Positions 54,996-64,000 of a stretch of 64,000 nt of DNA are shown here, in pieces. Position numbers and translations under genes: made by a program. Position 1 is the first letter of the stretch, and the number at the start of each line of letters is the position of its first letter. This DNA comes from Octopus sinensis. Taxonomy: Eukaryota. The stretch is from assembly GCF_006345805.1 (NCBI RefSeq), contig NC_043008.1:11656001-11720000 (forward strand), in the 5' to 3' direction. The notes under the pieces are model-generated. The model did no database searches. It worked only from the letters and a program-made list of their open reading frames with translations, and had not been told where the DNA came from.

Positions 54996-56857
54996 ATAAC
55001 AATAGCAATAACGATAATGATACTACTACTACTACTACTACTAGTAGTAGTAGTAGTATTTGTGCGTCTTCCAAATTTTTTTTTCAATAGAGATACATAT
55101 CCTTGAAACCAAATCTATCTTGTTGAGGCCGTTACCGTTGTGTATTGAGTATACCTTCTGCAAGTCGCCCAACAATTGCTTCAAACCTTCCGTGGAATAG
55201 TAACGATTTTTGGACGGGCTAACGAAAAGTAAACTGAACAACTATATTTATGAACCTGGGATACATATTTCTCCTTCCATTCTCTGTTGCAGAAAAACAT
55301 CGCTCGTTTTATTACCGTTTAACAATTGATTCTTTTCAAAGCACACCTTTAAAAATTTGTTTTTGATACTTATTGCAATTTGCCTCACCTTCATAATTTC
55401 GTTATAGAAAACAAGAGCGGATGAAACTCTAAAATTGAAGTAATATCAAAGGAGGTTTCACATTTTATAACCTTATGAAAAAAAAAACTGAAACCCGTAA
55501 CGAGATAACAACAATAAGTGGTAAAGCTTAAAGCTTAGATGTTTCAATTGAATCTGCTTCAAATGGCTTTTAAAATCAAGGGGAATGTATATCTAGGAGA
55601 TATTATTTAAAACAGCGTTGCTCTTATGGGATAACAATATTGCTTCCGTTATTTGGAATACAATCAACGCATGTGTGGTATATTCATAAATACGATGCCC
55701 CATCTATTAGGTTTATCATGAAAACAAAAACATCTCTGAAACAAGGATTTCTTCTGAAATAAGATAATGAGAGCAGGGAAGGTGTGTTAATTGAGGCACA
55801 GATTATAATAAATTGTGGTTACGTACGTATTACAAATATCTCTATTTATCTATAATAGGAAACTGAGAGAGGATGATAGGCTGACAGTATTACACATAAT
55901 GTGTATAATATATGATGTGATGTAATTTCAATGTAAACTAAGGAACGAAATTATATGAACAGAAGAGATGTAGATATTTGCTGATAGGAGGGGTGTTGAA
56001 AGCATCCTGGCTTTAACGGTGTCTCGAAATGCCTGGTTAGAGGCCCAAACTTTCGAGTTTTTTCACTGTGTTTAGAAAAGCTGAAGGACCACTGTTTTAA
56101 ATGTGGGAATCTGAGAGGGGATTATGTTGTATAAAGTTATAAATGACTGATCCTACAGTATTTTCTTTCACCTAAAGCTAGGAAATTTTCATTCACTGTT
56201 CAGGAAATATTTTCAATATCCGGAATGTGTCGATCTTGACTTACGATAATACGAAACCGTGTACGTATTATTTACTGAGATACATTTACTGAGTCATCCT
56301 CTGTAAAGATCAGTGTTCATTTTTCACTCTGCGAAACAAAGATTTGTAAAGGGTCCACATGTATTGCGTCGAGTACTGTATAACTTAATGCTGTATAATT
56401 GTAAAATCTAAATTGAATAACATTATAGAAAGAAAAAAGACAATAACCCGGCATTAATAGCATTATTCGCTCGTCTTCTCCAGCATATCAGTCCCGGTTG
56501 AGCTGTTTTAATCTGATTAACTAATTACTCTTTGCACCATCGGTTTTATGAAATATGCCAACATATAAACAACACTCAAATGGATCAACATACCTGTCTT
56601 TATGGTGTTAAAATTTCGATAAAATGCCTAGAATAAAAACAGAGGAAAAAGTTGTGAATAGAGAAAATGGGATATGCGGCACAAAAGTATTAGATAATTC
56701 CAAACAATACACTAAGCCGAAGGACTGGAAACATGTGGCTATTGCAATGCATCGTTTTTAAAGAGCGTTGGATGACTACATTATCTAATTAAGAAGAATA
56801 CAGATATATGAGTTAACAAAGTTTGAAAGCCCGTATATCCCAGGTAAATAGTTTCTT

Positions 56858-57273
56858 ATTTCTTTTTATTGCCCACAAGGGGGTTAACATAGGGGAGACA
56901 AACAAGGACAGACAAAGGGTTTAAGTCAATTATATCGATCCCAGTGCGTAACTGGTACTTATTTAATCGACCCCGAATTGATGAAATGCAAAGACGACCT
57001 CGGCAAAATTTGAACTCAGAACGTAACGGCACACGAAATGCCTATTTTTTTACTACCCACAAGGGGCTAAACACAGAGGGGACAAACAAGGACAGACAAA
57101 AGGATTAAGTGGATTATATCGACCCTAGTGCGTAACTGGTACTTAATATATCGACCCGGATAGGATGAAAGGCAAAGTCGACCTCGGCGGAATTTGAACT
57201 CAGAACGTAACTGCAGACGAAATATCGCTAAGCATTTCGCCCGGCGCGCTGACGATTCAGCCAACTCAACGCC
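56858..57273 (-). mobile_element. SINE family B dimer, complete
   Basis: Two body-plus-tail units with one full head; junction CGAAATGCCTATTTTTTTACTACCCACAAGG. Confidence 0.92.
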
Positions 57274-58048
57274 TTTATTTTCTTTTTTTAATTGTTCCAT
57301 AATAGAAGTAACTAAAGCCAACATGAAGTTGGAGCCGCGTTGTTAAATATGGAGTTGACTTAGCAATGGCAAGTCAGAGTATAAATGATAAACATTTATA
57401 TATACTTAGAGTTCCATTGCTTAGTGTTATATTGCTCCCGGGTAAATACTATCTAATGATCAATTTCATATGATTGAATATTAGATGTAAAATTATAGAT
57501 TAACTACGTAAAATTTTAATTTTGCCCAGAAATCTATAAAGTGTTCGCCATATATTGAGACTGACTCTTAAAAGTTGGCTCTGGATATTTTAATGTGTTG
57601 AACTATTCTGACAAGAACCAAATGACAATTGCCAATGTAACTGCCTTGATTTTAGGTAATAATGTTACCTGAGCCTCACAACAAACAATTTTGTTAATCA
57701 CGAATATATAACCTATTGTAAAACTAGGAATATTAGCAGACATAAAGGCGTTCTTCGAGCGAGTTTTATTTCCGACCAGAAACAGTTTCATTTTACACGC
57801 GGAAGTAATATCATTTTATCGAAGGTGAAATAAGTCAGAGCAAAATAGTCTCTGATCCCTATCGTTTACGAAAATCAGATTTTTCTTTAAAAAAGGAACA
57901 CAATTATTCATAATATCTGTAAAACATATGTGGGCAGTTAAGTGGCACTTTGTTTCATTACGAAATAATAAAGGACAAATTTAACAGCAAGGTATTGTGT
58001 AAGACGATGTTACAACGATTTGACCACAATCCTAAATGACAAGAATGG

Positions 58049-58128
<80 letters not shown>

Positions 58129-58450
58129 TAATAATAATAATGAATAATAATAATAATAATATATAATATAATAACGACGACAACAACAACAACAGCAGTA
58201 GCAACAACAACAACAATGATAATAATAAGGATAATAATAATAGCGGTCCATGATAATAATAATAATAATAATAACAATAATAATAACTATGATAATAATA
58301 ATAATAATAATAATGATAATAATAATAATAATATAATAATAATAATATGAATAATAATAATATAATAATAATAATGATAATAATAATAATAATAATAATA
58401 ATTATAATGATAATAATAATAATGATAATAATAATAATAATAATAATAAC

Positions 58451-58492
<42 letters not shown>

Positions 58493-58508
58493 AATAATAA
58501 TGATAATA

Positions 58509-58569
<61 letters not shown>

Positions 58570-58789
58570 AATAATAATGATAATAATAATAATGATAATA
58601 ATACTAACACTAATATTGATGATGATAATAATAATATGTTTCTTTATTATTTAAAAATAGCGTGTTAGACAGCGCCTGTGGTTTCAAGGTAGGAAGAATT
58701 CACATAGAGTTCAGATTAACGAAGTAACCACACGGCTAGAAGAAGAAGAATCAGCTTAAATTGTGGTGGTGGTGGTTGTCGTCGTTGTC

Positions 58790-58821
<32 letters not shown>

Positions 58822-58847
58822 GGTAGTAGAAGAAATATTAGTAGGAA

Positions 58848-58883
<36 letters not shown>

Positions 58884-59008
58884 AAGAAGAAGTAAAAGAA
58901 GAAGAAAGGGAAGAAGGGGAAGAAGATGAAGAAGAAGAAGAATATGAAGGAGAAGAATAAAAGAAGAAGAAAGGCAAGAAGAAGGGGAAGAAAGGGAAGA
59001 AGGAGGGA

Positions 59009-59039
<31 letters not shown>

Positions 59040-59590
59040 AGAAGAGGAAGAAGAAGAAGAGGAAGAAGAAGAAGAGGAAGAGAGAAGAAGAGGAAGAAGA
59101 AGAAGAGGAAGAAGAAGAGGAAGAAGAAGTAAGAAGAAGAAGAAGGAGAAGAAGAAGAAGAAGAAGAAGAAGAAGAAGAAGAAGAAGAAGAAGAAGAAGA
59201 AGAAGAAGAAGAAGCAGAAATGAATAAAGCTAACCATCTTCATCCTTTCCAGATGCTTATTTTATCACCGACGGAATGTGGGAACATCAAGGACGGAATT
59301 CAGGAATATATAGGAAAGAATAAAATTAAATACCGAAATAAAAACAACAAAATCGCCATCATCATCATCTTCACCACAACCAACACCACCACCACCGCTG
59401 CCGCTGTCGCCACCACCACCGCTACAGTAGTAGTAGTATTAGCAATAGCAGTAGTAGTAGTAGTAGTAATAACAGGTTGCAGCAGCGGCAGTAGTAATTC
59501 TAGTATTGGTAGTATTTGTTCATGATGTTGTAGTAAGTTATGCAGTAGTAGTAGTAGTAGTAGTAGCTGCAACAACAGCAGCAGCAGCTG

Positions 59591-59627
<37 letters not shown>

Positions 59628-59641
59628 TATAATAATAATAA

Positions 59642-59672
<31 letters not shown>
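58049..59672. repeat. Cluster of long trinucleotide tracts (TAC, AAT, TAG, AAG, CAC) with short unique spacers
   Basis: Direct reading. Confidence 0.95.
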
Positions 59673-59673
59673 A

Positions 59674-59819
59674 AAATGCCCTGATGCAGTACCATAAAAT
59701 GCCCTGATGCAGTACCAAATGCCCTGATGCAGTACCAAATGCCCTGATGCAGTACCAAATGCCCTGATGCAGTACCAAATGCCCTGATGCAGTACCATAA
59801 AATGCCCTGATGCAGTACC
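59674..59819 (+). repeat. 7 tandem copies of AAAT-GCCCTGATGCAGTACC (5' terminus of the retroposon)
   Basis: The 16-mer starts at 59678, 59701, 59721, 59741, 59761, 59781 and 59804; linkers are AAAT or ATAAAAT. Confidence 0.97.
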
Positions 59820-60357
59820 AGGCAGTGGCTCTCATGGCTTCTGATCTTAACTGATTGGAAGTGTTATCATGTACATTGTTTTGTCTTGGTATAAAAGATG
59901 GGCTACAGCAAATATTCTGCTCAATACCACAGATTGCTTGTCATTGTTTTTTGACCTTAACCAGTTGAGCATGTCCCTTAGTGGCTGACGATATGTTATC
60001 TCTGATCACGAGTAGAAGTAGTGGGGGAGCATCATAGCCATGTGTTGAGAGGGATTCTTTGGGGTTTGAATAGTTCACCTCTGGAAACATGGGTGGTTCT
60101 TTCAACATCCTTAAACAACCCTTACTCAGGGACCGTTTGAGCAGGATGGGCTACTCAACCTGAAGAAAATTCTAACTGGGCCCCACCTGCAAGGCCATGT
60201 GCTGTTTATCTTGATATGAGATCACCATGTCGCGCACATATGGTTGTGATGCATGTGCCTGGTGTACCTTTATCAGACGGGTAGTCATAATGGGTATATT
60301 GGGCTTCGTATATTTTACCCCAGTGTCACTTTGATGGCATGAACTGCTCTCTCACTC
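59804..60357 (+). mobile_element. Full-length ~555-bp non-coding retroposon inserted in (AAT)n
   Basis: Nearly identical to 63382-63936, with fixed ends GCCCTGATGCAGTACC and CTCTCTCACTC and (AAT)n on both sides. Confidence 0.93.
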
Positions 60358-60364
60358 AATAATA

Positions 60365-60425
<61 letters not shown>

Positions 60426-60637
60426 GGTATGCACTGCACTTGCACTCAATAATAATAACATTATTATAATAATAATAATAATATATTATTATTATTATTA
60501 TTATTATTATTAGTAGTAGTAGTAGTAGTAGTAAGAGTATTATCAATAGTAGTAGTAGTAATAGTATTATCAGTAGTAGTAGTAGTAGTAGTAGTAATAG
60601 TATTATCAGTAGTAGTAGTAGTAGTAATAGTATTATC

Positions 60638-60693
<56 letters not shown>

Positions 60694-61227
60694 GAGTAGT
60701 AGCGGCAGCAGCAGAGGCAGTAGCAATCAAGCCTTTAATGTGATAGCAATTTATCAACTGCATCCCAGCATAACGAGTACTTCGTCGCCACGCCTTCCCA
60801 TCGGCAGCAATATCACCAACAGTCGAGAACATCCATTATTTTTCAGGCTATGATAATTTGCATGAGATATCAGCGAACGTTTATGGAATGAGCCACCAGA
60901 TGGCACTTTATGTATTCACAGATGTCTTTCCTTAGAATTCCCGATGGGGAAAACGGAAGTTAGGCGAACCGCTTGTTATGAAACAAAAAGAAATAGAATA
61001 TGGAGTAAAAAAAAAAAGGAAAAAAAAGAAAGATGGATGTTGATAAAGCTAGTGATAACATTAACCACAAAAGACTATTAGGATTGCTGCGCTAATTCGT
61101 TCTGGCAGTAATGCAGTTTTTTTTTGCTGCTGCCACCGCGGCTGCTGCTGCTGCTGTTATGCTGCAATTAAGCGATGACTTTTATGTATGTTTTCTTGTT
61201 TAACAACAAATAAAGGCGCTGGAAATA

Positions 61228-61237
61228 TAATAACAAC

Positions 61238-61268
<31 letters not shown>

Positions 61269-61300
61269 TAATATAATAATAATATAATAATAATAATAAT

Positions 61301-61345
<45 letters not shown>

Positions 61346-61402
61346 CTCACACTCAATAATAACAACCATTATTATTATTATTAACAAAAAAATCATAATA
61401 AA

Positions 61403-61441
<39 letters not shown>

Positions 61442-61461
61442 TAATAATGATAATAATAATG

Positions 61462-61508
<47 letters not shown>

Positions 61509-61556
61509 CTCACACTCAATAATAACAACAACATTATTATTATTATTAACAAAATC

Positions 61557-61611
<55 letters not shown>

Positions 61612-61631
61612 TAATAATGATAATAATAATG

Positions 61632-61692
<61 letters not shown>

Positions 61693-61705
61693 TAATAATA
61701 ACAAT
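61228..61705. repeat. (AAT)n tract with a ~165-bp higher-order duplication
   Basis: CTCACACTCAATAATAACAAC..ATTATT..AACAAAA..TCATAA occurs at about 61346 and 61509. Confidence 0.9.
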
Positions 61706-61710
61706 ATAAA

Positions 61711-61960
61711 TAAATGCACCCTTTTAAAGCCTAGCCAGGCTGATGGGCCTGGTTTCAAGGCCTCTATGGCGTATGTGTTCCTCAGCTGGACGGGACGCCA
61801 GTCCAACGCAGCGTTACTCATTTTTGCCAGCTGAGTGGACTGGAGCAACGTGACATGAAGTGCTTTGCTGAAGAACACAATGCGCGCCCGGTCCAGGAAT
61901 CGAAACCACAATCTTACGATAATGGTGTTGACACCTTACCCACTTTTCCACGCGCCTCCA
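61711..61960 (-). mobile_element. tRNA-derived SINE family C (V-domain-like core)
   Basis: Minus strand GGAGGCGCGTGG..B-box GGTTTCGATTCC..CTGCGTTGGACTGGCGTCCCGTCCAG, which resembles the V-SINE conserved box, then a (TTTA) tail. Confidence 0.8.
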
Positions 61961-61988
61961 CAATAATAATAATTATTATTATAATGAT

Positions 61989-62192
61989 CCCTTCTACTAT
62001 ATGCATAAGACCTGAAATTTGGGGGAGAGGAGGTGAGTCCATTACATCGACCCCTGTGCGTTACTGGTACTTATTTAATCGACTCTGAAGCCCTGAAATG
62101 CAAAGTCGACCTCGACTGAATTTGAACTCAGAACGTACCTGCAGACGAAATACCACTAAGCACTTCTTCCGCCGTGCTAACGATTCTACCGT
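61989..62192 (-). mobile_element. SINE family B with alternative tail
   Basis: Head and body as in 37245-37475, but the tail is ATTTCAGGTCTTATGCATATAGTAGAAGGGA. Confidence 0.82.
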
Positions 62193-62219
62193 CTTAGTGA
62201 TAATGATGATGATAATAAT

Positions 62220-62880
62220 CAAGTCCAAGAATGAAGGGAAGAATACAGAGATAGATATAAATTGGGGGGGGGGGGATTATACTAATAAAGTGATAGAAAC
62301 CAAAAAGAATTATACCACGGTATACACTGGAAAAGAAGGGACATATCCATAGCATACAAAAGTAAAAAAAAAGTGGGGAGGATGATAGAGATGTGGCCCT
62401 CCTGATACAGGACGAACCCCACTGTCTGAGAGTCCCTGAAACCCTAGGAGTCAGTGCCCTATACAATTCCTTCTCTCCGACTCACAGGTCTACACTTAGA
62501 AGGGTACCACCACTCTTACCATTTTAACAACTTTCACCCACTTTTCAATAAACTCACTCGAGGACAGCACTTCCATCTCCCCTTTCAATTTTGTTTTCAA
62601 GTTAAACTTGGAAAAAGTCAATGAGATATCTACCAAAGAGGGATGCATCTGTCCTCCGGCCTTTCATTAACCCTGAAAATTGGGAAAACCTGAAACCACT
62701 GCCATAAAACAGGCAAAGTGGTTCAAACCGACTGCCAAAAAAAAAAAAAACGGACAGAAACAAATTTAGGAGTGGTGGAGTCAGAAACCTCTGCATGGAC
62801 AATATATACCTCGACGTCGAAATGGCGATACATAGACCAAGCAACAACCCATCAGTAGTTGCGATGTTCAATACTAAAAG
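62220..62880 (-). mobile_element. Probable Tx1/L1-like LINE 3' end
   Basis: Minus-strand peptide LIDFF/KFNLKTKLKGEMEVLSSSEFIEKWVKV resembles Tx1 ORF2 C-termini; a pyrimidine-rich UTR follows. Confidence 0.45.
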
Positions 62881-62979
62881 CAGACTGAAGTTTTCATATT
62901 AGCGGCACAATATCCAAGCTTCCTTACCAAAGCTAACGTTCTTCAAAACTCTTCTTACCCTAAATGCATATCTTGCGGC

Positions 62980-63142
62980 ACGTTTGACGTATCGGAAAAT
63001 GATGAGTACAGAATTTGTGAGTAAAATGGTGAAACCGTGTGGTATATTACCAGTCAATGTAAGCCAGTAGCCCAGAAGGAATATAAGAGACGTCATGGCA
63101 ATATTGCAAGGATTGTCCATTGGACACTTTACAACCTTATGG
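62980..63142 (+). mobile_element. R4/Dong zinc-knuckle fragment
   Basis: YRICE*NGETVWYITSQCKPVAQKEYKRRHGNIARIVHW is a degenerate CxxC..ET..H....C..LA..Y..RH motif of RLE-type LINEs. Confidence 0.85.
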
Positions 63143-63147
63143 TAATG

Positions 63148-63216
<69 letters not shown>

Positions 63217-63242
63217 TAATGATAATGACAATGATAATGATA

Positions 63243-63304
<62 letters not shown>

Positions 63305-63362
63305 AATAATAACAATAACAATAACAATAATAATAATAACAATAACAATAACAATAATAAAT

Positions 63363-63936
63363 GCCCTGATGCAGTACCAATGCCCTGATGCAGTACCAGG
63401 CAGTGGCTCTCATGGCTTCTGATCTTAACTGATTGGAAGTGTTATCATGTACATTGTTTTGTCTTGGTATAAAAGATGGGCTACAGCAAATATTCTGCTC
63501 AATACCACAGATTTGCTTGTCAGTTGTTTGACCTTAACCAGTTGAGCATGTCCCTTAGTGGCTGACGATATGTGCATCTCTGATCACGAGCAGAAGTAGT
63601 GGGGGAGCATCATAGCCATGTGTTGAGAGAGATTCTTTGGGGATTGAATAGTTCACCTCTGGAAACATGGGTGGTTCTTTCAACATCCTTAAACAACCCT
63701 TATTCAGGGACCGTTTGAGCAGGATGGGCTACTCAACCTGAAGAAAATTCTAACTGGGCCCCCACCTGCAAGGCCATGTGCTGTTTATCTTGATATGAGA
63801 TCACCATGTCGCGCACATATGGTTGTGATGCATGTGCCTGGTGTACCTTTATCAGACGGGTAGTCATGATGGGTATATTGGGCTTCGTATATTTTACTCC
63901 AGTGTCACTTTGATGGCATGAACTGCTCTCTCACTC
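63363..63936 (+). mobile_element. Full-length ~555-bp retroposon in (AAT)n, 5' 16-mer doubled
   Basis: GCCCTGATGCAGTACC at 63363 and 63382; body 63382-63936; (AAT)n flanks. Confidence 0.93.
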
Positions 63937-64000
63937 AATAATAATAATAATAATGATAATGATAATAATAATGACAATAATAATAACAATAATAATAATA

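Noticed and set aside
59674-59819. CRISPR-like regular repeat
   Set aside because: Units are head-to-tail with 4-7-nt linkers and no unique spacers, there are no cas genes, and the context is eukaryotic.

Overview
AT-rich, microsatellite-saturated eukaryotic non-coding DNA (intergenic or intronic). The repeat repertoire looks like an octopod cephalopod, probably Octopus; this is from recognition of the families, not a database search. I found no credible host exon, rRNA, true tRNA or CRISPR array, and nearly all listed ORFs are translations of simple repeats. The window is a transposon graveyard. It holds several tRNA-derived SINE families, decayed non-LTR retrotransposons (CR1, R4/Dong with RLE domain, Tx1/L1-like, an RTE-like leader), a Penelope-like RT relic and four mariner relics. 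The most interesting structures are: (1) a foldback element at 22.8-23.2 kb enclosing a plausible type I hammerhead ribozyme, with a second foldback of the same layout at 35.5 kb; (2) a ~555-bp non-coding retroposon whose copies all end in (AAT)n-type tracts, with its first 16 nt reiterated up to 7 times, tiny 3' stubs, a mosaic copy and a copy fused into a Dong LINE; (3) a 119-bp, ~65% GC alien insert inside a CR1 ORF; (4) a near-identical 1.06-kb tandem duplication; (5) a 3' stem-loop shared by a SINE and a CR1 LINE. None can be called a proven new system from sequence alone.
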